Below are positions 33,567 through 45,195 of a DNA stretch of 64,000 nt, in pieces. Numbering within the stretch: position 1 is the first letter of the stretch; every line of letters starts with the position of its first letter. Both the position numbers and the translations under genes were made by a program. The notes below the pieces were generated by a model. It saw only the letters and a list, made by a program, of their open reading frames with translations. It was not told the DNA's origin and did no database searches. Origin of the DNA: Ochotona princeps (Eukaryota); the NCBI RefSeq assembly GCF_030435755.1, contig NC_080855.1, positions 24,594,445 to 24,658,444 of the forward strand. Direction: 5' to 3'.

Positions 33567-34197
33567 GTAAGCCACGCACGCCTTCCCAAGTGGCGAGCTG
33601 CGACCCCAAGTCTCCAGGCTCGAGTGGCGCAGCCTTCTTGTACCCCTCTTCCCTGGCTCCCACTCTCACCTCCCTGCAGCCTCCATCCCATTAACGCCTT
33701 TCTCACTCTGGTGATAACGTTCTTTGCCTGTGTTTGCACAGAGCTCCTCACTCCGCCAGGCACTATTGCGCAGCGCTAAGTCTCTCCGTCATTCCCCTTG
33801 CCAGTTCTTGTATCCTTCACTCCTCACCTCAGGAGACTTGAGAGCCAGCCCTGCCACCAGCCACACCCCGCCCGGCCGCGTCTTCCCTTCTCTCTGCCTC
33901 CAAACCCTGCACCTGCACGGCCACCTGGACCGCTGCTGAGCCTGAGCGGTCGCTCACTCCACTCACGTCAATCCCTGCACACTGTCTGGAAATGCAGACT
34001 GTGGATGGGGCGGCCGTTTGGTGTTCTCGTGGCAGGTGACCCTTACCCACGTCCTGGTGGGTTGCACTCCAGTCGGCTTCAGATGGGCTAGTGTTTCAAA
34101 AGAGGTTACCAGGGCTGAAAGAACAGGAAACTGAGAGAAGTGAAGTGCAGGCCTTCCAGTACCCAAATGATTGCTCCGCTCCTGCCTCTCCCGCTAG

Positions 34198-34367
34198 GAT
34201 GGGTGCTCATTGACCGCAGTGGCCGCCACTTTGGTACCATCCTCAACTACCTGCGGGACGGATCGGTGCCACTGCCCGAGAGTGCCAGAGAACTTGGGGA
34301 GCTGCTGGGCGAAGCACGCTACTACCTGGTTCAGGGCCTGATCGAGGACTGCCAGCTGGCCCTGCAG
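34198..34367 (+). CDS. KCTD13: KCTD13 exon 2 (..[56 protein letters not shown]), rest of BTB domain
   Basis: Acceptor is ctctcccgctag|GA TGG GTG. Frame is continuous with exon 1 (phase 1). Donor is CTG CAG|gtgagg. Confidence 0.9.
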
Positions 34368-34446
34368 GTGAGGGACCCTCCTCCCGTGTCCCTGGGGGAG
34401 CTGTCCAAGTGGTTAGATACTGGAGAGCAAGAAAGAGAGCGAGAGA

Positions 34447-34449
<3 letters not shown>

Positions 34450-34486
<37 letters not shown>
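34450..34486. repeat. (GT)18 microsatellite, 83 bp downstream of the KCTD13 exon 2 donor, preceded by a short (GA)n
   Basis: gaaagagagcgagagagtatgtgtgtgtgtgtgtgtgtgtgtgtgtgtgtgtgtgtaggt. Confidence 0.9.
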
Positions 34487-34488
<2 letters not shown>

Positions 34489-34954
34489 GTACTGCCTGGA
34501 GAGCAGGGCTGTCCCTGGCCTGAGTCCCTCAGGCTCTCCCGCAGCCCTGCAGCCTCAGGCATAAGAAACTGCTGTCTGCTTCCTGCCGTTCCTTCCCACC
34601 CAACCCGGCCATTATCCTTCAACGCACCCCCAGTCTGTTCTGTCCCCTGCTTAGAAACCCTGGACAGGTCCCAGTGCCAGTAGAGGGGTCAGCACCTATG
34701 TTTAAATTGGGGTGTACATGCTAGGTGGCGCCCCAATCCCCAGGGTAACATTTCCATCACACTAAGAGTCTTTCTCGCTTGGGATGGTCTGTTTCATTTA
34801 GCTTCCAAATTCTTGGCTCACATGAAAGCACCAGGAAGCAGAGCCATTCCTAGACAAGCAACACCAGGGTTTCCATAGCACACCCCCCCCACTGGCTGGC
34901 TGGGGGGCTTCTTGGACCCTGAGGGTTCTAAGGAGCTGGGCTGAGAAAGCACAG

Positions 34955-35060
34955 GGAGACACAGAGCTTGGAGCAGGGGCTGCGGGGCTTGGAGCAGGAG
35001 CCGCAGGGCTTGGAGCAGGGGCTGCAGGAGCCGCAGGGCTTGAAGGCGGGCTGCCCCACA
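34955..35060. repeat. about 22-24-bp GC-rich tandem repeat (about 4 copies) in KCTD13 intron 2
   Basis: gcttggagcaggggctgcgggg / cttggagcaggagccgcaggg / cttggagcaggggctgcaggagccgcaggg / cttgaaggcgggctg. Confidence 0.7.
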
Positions 35061-35539
35061 GAGCTGACTGAATGCCCTTGAGCCAGTCCCTCCCTCACAC
35101 TCCCTCCTTCTCACGTTCTGTCCTCCTGCTCTGAAAGATCAGAACCAAGAAAAATAAGGGCAGTGTCCTGAGGTTCCCAGACAGCTCTTCAGTCCGTTCT
35201 GCTTCTACAATGGTAGAATGCTCTTTCTTTTAGGATACAATCATAGTAGGAGAATATGGGCGTTTCTTTTGATGTGTTTTTATAGCTTAGAAAGTGGCAG
35301 CCCTGACCAGCTCTCTGTCATCCCCACAAGCATTTATAGGCTCTTCAACTCCACAGACATCGAATTGTTGTGGACAAATACCATGTTTTTCATACTCTCA
35401 GATTGTAGCTTTTGTGGCGGGCCAGGGGTGGGGGGTAGGCATGCATTTTATACTCATGTGCATATAACCGAAAAAGAATTTTCTAAAACGATATGTGTTG
35501 GACACTCCGTTCGTTTGTTCGTTCATTCATTCTTTCTTT

Positions 35540-35848
35540 CTAAAGATTTGCTTATTTTTCTTGGAAAGGCATATTTGCAGAGAAGAGACAGTGAGAAAGA
35601 TTATATCTGCTGGTTCACTCCCCAAATGGCTGCAGTGGCCGGCGCTGAGCCGATCTGAAGCCAGGAGCTTCTTCCAGGTCTCCCATGTGGGTGCAGGGTT
35701 CAAGGCTTTGGGTCATCCTCTGCTGCCTTCCCAGGCCAGAAGCAGGGAACTGGATGGGAAATGGAGCAGCTGGGACATGACCCAGTGCCCTTATGGATAG
35801 GTGCATGCTAGGTGAGGATTTAGTCACTGAGCCATTGTGCGAGGTGCT
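35540..35848 (-). mobile_element. C-repeat SINE, antisense
   Basis: taaagatttgcttatttttcttggaaaggcatatttgcagagaagagacagtgagaaagattatatctgctggttcactccccaaatggctgcagtggccggcgctgagccgatctgaagccaggagcttc. Confidence 0.85.
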
Positions 35849-37344
35849 CTTTCTTTTCAGTGCTGTTTGGGACTCATTAAGCTTAGTTCCTGACCCACTC
35901 ATGGGTTACCCATTGGGTTTTGAAATACAATGCATTATATCTGGGAAGCACATTTCTACTTTATAGTTTTCTAGGGAGCTGATGTGATTGCACACCCATC
36001 GTGTATCCATGAGCTGCCTTCCACCCAGTCTCCCTCTTGGACCCTAGACTGCCAGAGGAGTAGGAAGGTACATCCATGGTCAAGGCAGCAGCACACCGCA
36101 GAGCTCGGGCATGGCCCCAGGTCACCTGACCACCAAGCAGGGGTTTTCTCCCAAGCTCAGTCTCCAGTGCCTGCAGTCCAGGTTCCCTGAGATTGTTCCC
36201 ACCCTCCCCGCCTCTGTACCCTCCCCCGCCCCGCCCCCACTCAGCACACTCCTCCCTATACTCCTCTTCACCTCAGCCTACGCCCATCTATTCCTGGTTG
36301 TTTTTTATCTTTCTCCCTTCATTCCCAGCCCCTGCCCACTTCCTTTTTCCCCAGGGACACCCATGCTAGTTTTATGTTTGATACAAAGGCTTGGATTATA
36401 TTTGTAGCCCACAAGTGTCGTTTTATATACATCTTCATGAACGGCGCTGAGCTGTGGGTCACAGTTCATGGTTTCTGAGTTTGGAACTTTCTTCAGGATC
36501 TAGCTATACTGTTGGGTGCCCATCTCCTCCAGTGTGGGGCATTCCCTGCTGTCTTATGTGTTTGTTCCCTCTGGATTGAAGATCAAGACTGCCTCCTGCT
36601 TCCTGCCCCCCATAAGCAGTGCCCACTGTGAGCAGCCGTGCATACCTGCCCCATGGCCTGTGCCAGGGCTGCTTGTGGTTATAGCTGGCAGTAGAATGGC
36701 TGGATCACAGGAGACCTGCACATGGTGTGACAGTTTCAGTGGGATGCTGTCCTGCATGGCTGCAGTCCTTGGTCCTCACCTCTAACTGTGAGCTCCTGCA
36801 CACACCCAGCCCCACGGGGTGTCCTACAGCTTCTCGCTCTGCCAGTCTGACAGGTGATCTCGTTTTAATTTGCACACTGCTGAGTACTAAATGAGATTGA
36901 GCATCTTCTCATATACATATTCACTGGTTTCTTCACCATCTCCGTCTGTGACTTGCTTATTCATATTCCTTACCAGCTTTCCTACTGAGCTGCCTATCTT
37001 TCTGCTAGGGCTTGGCAAGAAAGCAGAGCATATTTCAATTTAGTTTGCAGAAAGAACTAAGCCATCTTACATAAGGCCATGTGTCATACACGTTGTGAGG
37101 CTTGGGTTATACATAATCGGGCATGGTGCTATTTACCTACCAGCCTTGGGAGAGTTCAGAAAATTCTGTAAGTATTTGCTAGATTTTGAGATTCAGATGA
37201 GAAACCCCAATGAGAAGATCTGTTACACGTAATAACTTGTAGTCAGTTTTAGATATTGCCAACTTCTAATCAGTTTTAGGTATGGTTACCTATCCATGGC
37301 ATCTGGTATTTAGTAAGTTTAGTAATTAGTAAATTGATAACTAA

Positions 37345-37625
37345 TTTTTTTAAAGTTTATTTGTTTTCATTTTGTTTTGAAAGGGAGAGAGATAAAGGGG
37401 AGAGAGATCTGCTATCTACTGGCTGTTGCCCCAAATGCCTGTGACAGCCAGGACTGGGCCAGTCCTGGAACTCCATCTTGATCTCCCGTGTGGGAGGAAG
37501 GGACCCAAGTTCCTGAGCCATCCCCTGCTGCCTCCCAGGGTGGCCGAGCGGGAGGCCAGGACTCCCAGCTCAGGCCCTCCCATGTGAGATGCAGGCACCC
37601 TGAGCGGCATCTGTAATCACTCTAT
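37345..37625 (-). mobile_element. C-repeat SINE, antisense
   Basis: tttttaaagtttatttgttttcattttgttttgaaagggagagagataaaggggagagagatctgctatctactggctgttgccccaaatgcctgtgacagccaggactgggcc...gcctcccagggtggccgagcgggaggccaggactcccagc. Confidence 0.8.
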
Positions 37626-38639
37626 CAAATGCATACCCCAAGACCTTAGTATTTTAAAATGCAACAAACCATTTATTATTTCTGCAGCAGTATTTATGAA
37701 CTGTAAAGGTTGAAGGAACACAGGTAATCATAAAATGAAGACACCAAACATGTACTTTGCAGATATGTTTGTGTGTATATTTTTGCCAGAATACAATCAT
37801 GTTATGTCTACCATTTTGTTATCTGCTTGTTTTGGTATTGTTGAAAATTGACATCCTCCTGTATCAACGTAATGTTTATCTAGCATCCAGGGCAACCTCT
37901 AGTTTCTCCAGTTGTTCCAGAAATGTGTTTTTGTAGCTGAGTCATCCAATGCAGGATCCAGTCTAGATCCTCAAATTCCGTCTGCTTGTCATGTCTGCAC
38001 TTCTATGCCAGTCCACACCAGTCCTGTTGCCTCCTCATGCTGACTTGTTAGAGAGCCTGCCAGTCGTCCTAGAGAATGACCCATTTTCTAAATCTGCCTG
38101 GCTGTTTACGTGTGCTATCAGTAGGTTTGTTACCTTACCCTAACTGGAATTTCCTGTAAACTAGACCATAGATTTGGAGGCATGATAGCAAACAGTTTGG
38201 TAAGAATACATTCTAGGTAATGTGATATAATTCTTTTTTGGGTTACCCCAAGATACCCATAATATTGCTGATCTTACTGTTAGTCAATATTGCTCAGAAT
38301 TGGCCCCTGTGTTTAGGTGATGGCAGTTTAATCCCTCCACTGTTGGTGCACTTCCTTGTTCCGAACCATAGAGTATTCTAGGTAATAATGTAGGTGCACA
38401 AGTGACTGATCAGCTGTCAACACCAAATGCATGGAACGAGCAGAGGCGGGGCACACTGCAGCCAGCAGCCAGGATCTCAACGCCAGATCTCTGTTCCAGC
38501 TGCTCCCTCAGGTGCGTGTTAGTGAGAAGCTAGAGTCAGGCGCAGAGCTGGGACTCGAGCCGTAGTGTTCTGATATGGGACTTGGGCATCCCAGTCTTAA
38601 CTGTTGGATCAAATGGCTGATTTCAACATGGTCAAGTTC

Positions 38640-38775
38640 TGAAGCGAGGAAACAGCAGCTTCAGAAGAAGGACCTCCCACACAGGTGCAGAATCCCAAAA
38701 ACTTGGCCCATCCTCCACTGCTTTCCCAGGCCACAAGCAGGAAGCTGGATGGGAAGCAGAGCAGCTGAGCCCAAG
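38640..38775 (-). mobile_element. C-repeat SINE fragment, antisense
   Basis: cacaggtgcagaatcccaaaaacttggcccatcctccactgctttcccaggccacaagcaggaagctggatgggaagcagagcagctgagccc. Confidence 0.65.
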
Positions 38776-39654
38776 TGTGTGACTTTCAGTGTAAATGGTA
38801 CAAAAGGCATGGAAGGCTCTGTGTGTCTGTTGGGTCATTCCCTCTGGGGGAAGCAGCTGCTGCCATACAAGGGCCACTTGATGGGGAGATGACTGCCTCC
38901 TGCCAGCAGCCAGCACAGACTCGCAGCCAGGGCAGGAGCCTTTCAGAAGCAAATCTTCCGGGCCCAGCCACGTCATCAGATGACCACAGCCCTGGCCAAC
39001 ATCCAGACTGCAGCTTACCGAGAGACCCTGGGCCAGTACCACACTGGCTCTGTGCCCAGAGGGCCAGTGTGGGACAGTGGGTGTTTACTGTGGTGTTAAA
39101 TCTGTAGCAATTTATTGTCCAGCAGTGAGTAGCTAACAGAGCTTGAGTTCCGGAATGGGGTGGCTGTCATAACAAAAACTGCAAGTGTGGAAGTACTTGC
39201 ACTTTTCATCTATGCTAGGCAGAGAGGCAGGCCGAGCTGCCTCCTACTGGTGGAGTCCTCGGTTCTCCCAGTCCCATCAGTGCTCACAGGGGCTGTGGAC
39301 TCAATCCAGGTCTCCCCCAGGGACAGCAGGGACCCAGTGCCTGCAAGCCAGGACTTGAGTTTAGGCATGCCAAGATGGAATGTGGATGTCCCAGCTAGGG
39401 ACTGAGGGATTTGTCCAGTGGCTGCCCAGGCAGTAACTTTGGAACTAAGAAGTGGGCAGAACCGGAAGCCCTTTGGGGAGAGGGTTAGTAAAAGTGTCAG
39501 CGGGCAATGCAAGAAAGTCAGCTGCAGTGAGGGCTTGAGCAACAGTCAGGAGGATGTAATTGGAAACAGAAAGGGGATCCTTGCCTACCAGCAGGAAGTT
39601 CAGCAACTCTGTCTCCTGCAGTGCTGTAGAAAAGTACAGACTATCTGAGCCAGC

Positions 39655-39937
39655 ACCACAGTAGAGCATGCTAAACCTCCACCTGTGGTGCCAGCATCCA
39701 TTTGGGCACCAGTTTGTATCCCGGCTGTTCCACTTCCCAGCCAGCTCCCTGCTTGTGGCCTGGGAAAGCAGCTGGGGATGATGACTTAAAGCATTGGGAC
39801 CCTGCACCCATGTAGGAGACCTGGAAGCAGCTCCAGCTGTTGTGGCCATTTGGGGAGTGAACCAATGGATGGAAGATCTCTCTGTCTCTCTTTCTCTCTG
39901 ATTAACTCTGCTTTTCAAATAAAAACAATTTTTTTCC
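39655..39937 (+). mobile_element. C-repeat SINE, sense, 5' truncated
   Basis: gccagcatccatttgggcaccagtttgtatcccggctgttccacttcccagccagctccctgcttgtggcctgggaaagcagctgggg...ctctgcttttcaaataaaaacaa. Confidence 0.8.
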
Positions 39938-40075
39938 AGATTTATTTATTTTTATTGGAAAGGCAGATATACAGAGAGAAAGGGATACAGAAAGATCTGT
40001 GTGCTGGTTCAGTCCCCAAGTGGCTGCAAAAGCCAGAGCTGAGCTGATCCATAGCCAGGAGTCAGGAGCTTTTTC
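39938..40075 (-). mobile_element. C-repeat SINE 3' portion, antisense
   Basis: agatttatttatttttattggaaaggcagatatacagagagaaagggatacagaaagatctgtgtgctggttcagtccccaagtggctgcaaaagccagagctgagctgatccatagccaggagtcaggagc. Confidence 0.75.
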
Positions 40076-40224
40076 AATTCTGTGTAATAGTGCTCCTAAG
40101 AAGCCTGCAAACCTCAGTGCTGGCAGAAGCCCCAGCAGGAGCAGATCTGGCTTCGCAGAGGTCTGTCAGGACAACTGTCTCCTAAAGAACTGAGTTCCAA
40201 GACTTTCAAGGTACCCAGGACAGT

Positions 40225-40562
40225 TTTTTCTTTTTAAAGGTTTATTTATTTTTATTGGAAAGTCAGATATACAGAGAGGATGAGACAGTGAGAAAGATCT
40301 TCCGTCCGATGATTCACTCCCCAAGTGAGCGCAACGGCCGGTGCTGTGCCGATCCGGAGCCAGGATCCAGGAACTTCTTCCAGGTCTCCCACACGGGTGC
40401 AGAGTCCCAAAGCTTTGGGCTGTCCTCGACTGCTTTCCCAGGCCACAAGCAGGGAGCTGGATGGGAAGTGGAGCTGCCAGGGCATTAGAACCAGCGTCCG
40501 AATGGGATCCCGGGGTGCGTTCAAGGCGGGGACTTCAGCCGCTAGGCCATGCTGCCAGGCCC
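40225..40562 (-). mobile_element. C-repeat SINE, antisense, full length, young-looking (CpGs retained, 16-bp TSD acccaggacagttttt)
   Basis: ttttctttttaaaggtttatttatttttattggaaagtcagatatacagagagg...cgatgattcactccccaagtgagcgcaacggccggtgctgtgccgatccggagccaggatccaggaac...ttcagccgctaggccatgctgccaggccc. Direct repeat acccaggacagttttt at 40211-40227 and 40562-40578. Confidence 0.9.
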
Positions 40563-41574
40563 ACCCAGGACAGTTTTTGAGAGAATTCTATGGGCAGAAA
40601 CCCTGTCGAATGTAGACTGAAAGGGACAGAGCCAAAGAAGGGGTCGTTGGATCCCTGAACTATAAACAGGCAAAATGCAGGCTGAGGAGACGGCCGCCGC
40701 ACACAGCCTTCATGGACAAGCAGGGAGTGCTGTGGCAGGGGCCATGGCAAAGCACTCAGAGCCAAAGTCTGCATCCTTAGCAGGCTGCCTGCAACCCGGT
40801 CCACAGCTCCGCCAGGCATCCCTTCTAGGCTTCACCCCTGGGAACAAGAGTGCCCCTGGTGGTGACTCTGGCTAGTCCACTGCTGCATCATGGGCACGTG
40901 GAGGCCCTAGCTGGTCTATGTGGCTCACTGGGGTGTAGAGGGGAAGTTTACCTAGAAAGCTGTAATTAGGAAACAACACCCACCAGAGGAACCTCATTTC
41001 CACTAGGACCTCATTTGAGACTCTCTTTGAGCACTGCTACATAACGAGATGACACTTGGGGACACCGAAGCCAAGTATGCATTTGGCATGTGGGAGAGAT
41101 GGGTCTCCATGGGGGTCAGAGTGTAGGCTGTGGGAGCCAGGACTGCCCAAGCATCCCACTGACCCTGGCTTCCTTCATTCCTGTATGGCTGTACCGAAGA
41201 GGGCTGACAAAGCTGGGTCATCAGACATCAAGACTCTACTTGGCACAGGTAGATGCCCTGGAGATGTCTGTTGGAAGGGCGGTTGCAGCCCAGAGGAAAG
41301 GCCCCGTGTTGGCAGGGTGGGCTATTTCCTGGCTCTGGCTGGCTGGCTGACTGAGCTTTCTCCCAGGACCGTGGAGGCAGCAATGCCTTCGTTGCCTTCG
41401 GCCCCAGCTAACACCCTCATTACTACCAGGCCAGGACCACCTGGCTGAGCCACGCCTGAACTGACCACTCTGCTTATTGCCCCCTAGAGTTGCTAAGTTG
41501 GGGAGGATTTGTTCAATAGCAATAGATAACCCATACATACCTGTTTCCTACATCTTCAGATTAGCTTATCCTTG

Positions 41575-41837
41575 AATATTTATTTATTTGGAAGAGTAAC
41601 AGAGAGACAGAAAGAGGTTTTCACCCACTGGGTCGCTCCCCAAATGGCTCCAGCAGCCAGGAACAGGCCCAGCTGGAGGTAGGGGTCTGGAACTCAATCA
41701 CTGTGAGCCATCAGCTGCTGCTTTCACAGGTGTATGAGCTGGATGGGAAATGGAGCAGCCGGAACTCGAATGAGCCCTCCCATGGGATGCCTGTGTTGCA
41801 GGTGGTGGCTTAACGTGCTGTGCCACAGTGCTGGCCC
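41575..41837 (-). mobile_element. C-repeat SINE, antisense
   Basis: tatttatttggaagagtaacagagagacagaaagaggttttcacccactgggtcgctccccaaatggctccagcagccaggaacaggcccagc...gctttcacaggtgtatgagctggatgggaaatggagcagccggaac. Confidence 0.75.
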
Positions 41838-42575
41838 AGAGGTGTCTCTCTCTTTTTTTTTTTTTGAAATGGCTATTTTTGTGCACGCCCCAGTCTGTAT
41901 CCTGGTCCTGACTATGTTCCATTGAGTTTTCTTCTGTTTGCACCAGGAACCACCCTGTCATTACCATGGCTTTGTCGTGCCTCCCTCTGTCCAGCAGGAT
42001 CTGTCTCTTCTTGGCTTCTCTGTGCAGATTGACCTGTGACTGTGGCTACCATCCTTCCGTATTAATTTTAGTAAAAATTTCTAAAGCTTCCAGAAGTACT
42101 GTGTGCTAAAATTATAGAGATGCGCCTTCTAGTTGTCAGGGTTGGGAGAGGTGAGCGCAGATTGAGCAGGATGATTTGAGAAAGCAGAGGAGAAACTCGT
42201 CTGGCTTGTTCTACCCTTTTCTCCAGCCTCTTGCCACCCAGCCAGGTTTGCCACTTAACAGACACTTGCTGAGTATCTGATGTCTGTCTGCTGGGCACTG
42301 AGTGCTGAGGGGGAAAGGAGCTGGGAAGGGGGTGGGGTCACCCTGCAGGGAGGGGCCTGGCTTCTGCAGGGGTGGGAGCTGACAGCCCAACAGGGCAGAC
42401 AAAGGTAGCCCACAGGCTGGGTGGGCCAAGGGGCAGGCGGCTGGAGCCTAGCTGGCCAGGGGAGACCACTGAGGAGTCTGCATTCTCTGGCCACCCACCC
42501 CCACCGACGCTCTAAGTGGGAGCATGCAAGACCTCCTTCTGGTAAGCCCTGAACCACTTTCCACTTCTTCCCCAG

Positions 42576-42665
42576 CAAAAAAAGGAGAACCTGTCGCCAC
42601 TGTGCCTCATCCCAACCCTGACATCTCCCCGGGAGGAGCAGCAGCTCCTGGCCAGCACCTCCAAG
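42576..42665 (+). CDS. KCTD13: KCTD13 exon 3 (QKKENLSPLCLIPTLTSPREEQQLLASTSK), phase 0/0
   Basis: Acceptor is ttcttccccag|CAA AAA AAG. Donor is TCC AAG|gtgagg. The translation matches the human KCTD13 central region. Confidence 0.9.
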
Positions 42666-42763
42666 GTGAGGCACCCTCCCAGCCGCAGACAGCCCTGCAG
42701 GGGGGAGGTGGGCCTCTCCACAGCCTCACCCCAAGCCTTCCGCATCCTCTCTCCCCCCAACAG

Positions 42764-42816
42764 CCGGTGGTGAAGCTGCTGCACAACCGCAGTAACAACA
42801 AGTACTCCTACACCAG
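42764..42816 (+). CDS. KCTD13: KCTD13 exon 4 (PVVKLLHNRSNNKYSYT+AG), 53-nt microexon
   Basis: Acceptor is ctctccccccaacag|CCG GTG. Donor is ACC AG|gtgatg. Intron 3 is only 98 bp. Confidence 0.9.
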
Positions 42817-43308
42817 GTGATGCAACCTGTGGGGGGCATGAGTGGAGCCTGGGGGGCATGGCCCTGCTCCTGACCCACAGCAGGGTGGCAGGAGTGCCAG
42901 CACCCTGCAGACAAACCACTGCAGTTGCTGCCATGGACGCCCTGCCACTCACCCCAGGGTATTCAGGTAGCTCATTTCCCCCTCAGAGTTCCAGATTGGG
43001 TTCCAAGGGCATGGGGCTCCAGGGAAAGTTCTTGTGAATCCCTGTTTTGTGGATGGGTGTTCTGAGGCCCCAAGAAGTTGCCTGGTGTCACCCTGCTTAG
43101 GGGTCAGGGTGGAGTGGCAGGAGCCCAGTGCGTGCAGCCTTGTCAGGGAGCTGCCCCGTGCTGGGACTTAATGCTTCCTTTCTGAGGCCCACTTAGCCTG
43201 GCCCCAGAGGGCAGGAGCTAAGTGCAGGTAACTGCGGACTCTACCCTGGGTGGGGTGGGGGACTCATCCAGGGAAGCTGAGGTCCTGGACATCCCTCCCT
43301 GTCCTCAG

Positions 43309-43504
43309 TACCTCTGATGACAACCTGCTTAAGAACATTGAGCTGTTTGACAAGCTGGCCCTGCGCTTCCACGGACGGTTGCTCTTCCTCAAGGACGTGC
43401 TGGGCGATGAGATCTGCTGCTGGTCCTTCTATGGGCAGGGCCGCAAGATTGCCGAGGTCTGCTGCACGTCCATCGTGTATGCCACGGAGAAAAAGCAGAC
43501 CAAG
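43309..43504 (+). CDS. KCTD13: KCTD13 exon 5 (..[66 protein letters not shown])
   Basis: Acceptor is ccctgtcctcag|T ACC TCT, which completes the AGT codon. Donor is ACC AAG|gtcagg. The translation is identical to human over this exon. Confidence 0.9.
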
Positions 43505-43659
43505 GTCAGGAGGCTTTAGGGGTGGGGGATGTGAGGGAACTGGGACAAAGGCAGTTGAACATGCCCAACAGGAGCCGAGCACCTCCCTGTGCTTTGGGAG
43601 CTGGGTAGCTGGAGTTCTGGGTGTAACCTAGCACAGGTTACTTCTGTGAGTCTGATTTG

Positions 43660-43973
43660 TTTTTTCAAAAAGATTTTATGTTCATTTGAAAGGGAGATTT
43701 CACAGAAAGGAGAGAGAGAGATTTTTTACCCACTGGTTCATTCTCCAAGTGGCTACTATGGCCAAAGCTAAGCTAATCAGAAGCCAGGAGCCAGGAATGG
43801 CTTCTGGGTTTTACATGTGGGTACAGGGACTCAAGAACTTGGGTCATCTTCTGCTTTTTCAGGCCATAAACAGGGAGTTGGATCGGAAGTGGAGCAGCCA
43901 GGACACCGAACTGGCATTCATATGGGATGCTGGCACCACAAGGATTAGCTTGCTGTACCACTGAAATGGCCCC
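43660..43973 (-). mobile_element. C-repeat SINE, antisense (KCTD13 intron 5)
   Basis: ttttttcaaaaagattttatgttcatttgaaagggagatttcacagaaaggagagagagagattttttacccactggttcattctccaagtggctactatggccaaagctaagctaatcagaagccaggagccaggaatgg. Confidence 0.8.
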
Positions 43974-43992
43974 TGTTATGTTTTTGTCTTTT

Positions 43993-44245
43993 TGGAAAGA
44001 TTGATTAATTGGAAAGGCAGAACAAAAGACGGAGAGACAGAGATCTTCCATCTACTGATTTATTCCTCAGAGGGCAGCAGGAGTCTGCCAGGCCAGGCCA
44101 GGCCCAAACCAGAAGCCAGGAACTCCATCCGGGTCTCTCAGGGGGCGGCAGGAGCCCACACATTTGGGACATCTTGCTGCTGCCTTCCAGGCACAGCAGC
44201 CAGAAACTGGATGGGAGGTGTGCCAGAATGACACCAGGCACACCC
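43993..44245 (-). mobile_element. C-repeat SINE 3' portion, antisense
   Basis: ttggaaaggcagaacaaaagacggagagacagagatcttccatctactgatttattcctcagagggcagcaggagtctgccaggccaggccaggcccaaaccagaagccaggaactccatccgggtctc. Confidence 0.65.
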
Positions 44246-44789
44246 CTGACCCAGAGCTCTCCCTTCACCTCTTCCTAGAGCGCTCTCCCCAGGCCATCCA
44301 CAAGGCCCAATATCGCCTCGGCGAGATGATCCCAACATTCCCGCTTTGCCAGCCTGGCAATACAAGCCATTCTAACTGGCTGTCTCTCAGCATTTGTCAT
44401 CACCTGACTTAGTTTTACATCTTCTTAAGTGTCTCTGCAGGGCACTTGACAGAGCTTGTGGAGACAATGTACAAAATATTTTGATGCAAAAACATTTTGA
44501 AATGCATGCACACAGCTTTTCTCGTGGTATCTGTTTTCCATGGATTTTGTGAGGACCCCTTGAATGTCTGCAGCTCCCCACCCTGGAGCCTGAGCTCCCT
44601 GGGGACCGGGGCTGTGCTTGACTCATTGCTGTACTCCCAGGATGCAGCACAACCCCGGGGAAGGTGCAGCCGGCGGGTAAGGATTCGCCAGACGGTGAGA
44701 GTCTACGAAGACTCTAGGCGGAGGGAGCAGAAGCAAGGCATTCTTCCTGCTGGGCCTGCAAGTGTGACTTCACTGAGTAAAGGGCTAAC

Positions 44790-45085
44790 AGGGGCGGGCC
44801 TTGTGGTACAGTAGGAAAGCTGCCAGCTGCGAAACTGGCATTCCTTATGGGTTCATGTCTGGGCTGCTCCACTTTGGATCCAGCTCCCTGCTCATGTGCT
44901 TGGGAAAAGCAACGAAAGAGGACCCAGATACTTGGGCCCTACCACCCACATAGGAGATGCAGATGAAGCTCCTGGCTTCAGGCTGGCCCAGCTCTGGCCT
45001 TGCAGCATTTGGGGAGTGAGCTAGAGGATGGAAGATATTTCTCCTTCTCTCTAACTCTTTCAAATAAATAAATGCATCTTTAAAG
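44790..45085 (+). mobile_element. C-repeat SINE, sense (KCTD13 intron 5), ends about 110 bp before the exon 6 acceptor
   Basis: ggggcgggccttgtggtacagtaggaaagctgccagctgcgaaactggcattccttatgggttcatgtctgggctgctccactttggatccagctccctgctcatgtgcttgggaaaagcaacgaaagaggacc...ctctttcaaataaataaatgcatc. Confidence 0.8.
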
Positions 45086-45195
45086 AGGAAGTAGTTGCAG
45101 AGAAGGGCCATTGTTGAGCATCAGAGTGCGGAGAGAGGCTGGGTCGGCACCACTGAGCGCAGGGTAGCAGCTGAGGGGTCACTGGTCTTTGGCAG

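Larger units (their letters stand above)
32600..33700 (+). promoter_or_regulatory. KCTD13: CpG island spanning the KCTD13 promoter, 5' UTR and exon 1; GC box gggggcgggg at about 33101-33110; GCATGCGC / GCGCCTGCGCAG NRF1-like motifs at about 33063-33135
   Basis: Dense CpG (ccactgggcatgcgccgcacgcgcggccacgcccc...gggggcggggactaggcgcgcctgcgcagctgcccggcgccggcttccgggtgaggcgagcgctgcgg) immediately upstream of the ATG at 33320. The TSS is not determinable from sequence alone. Confidence 0.6.
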
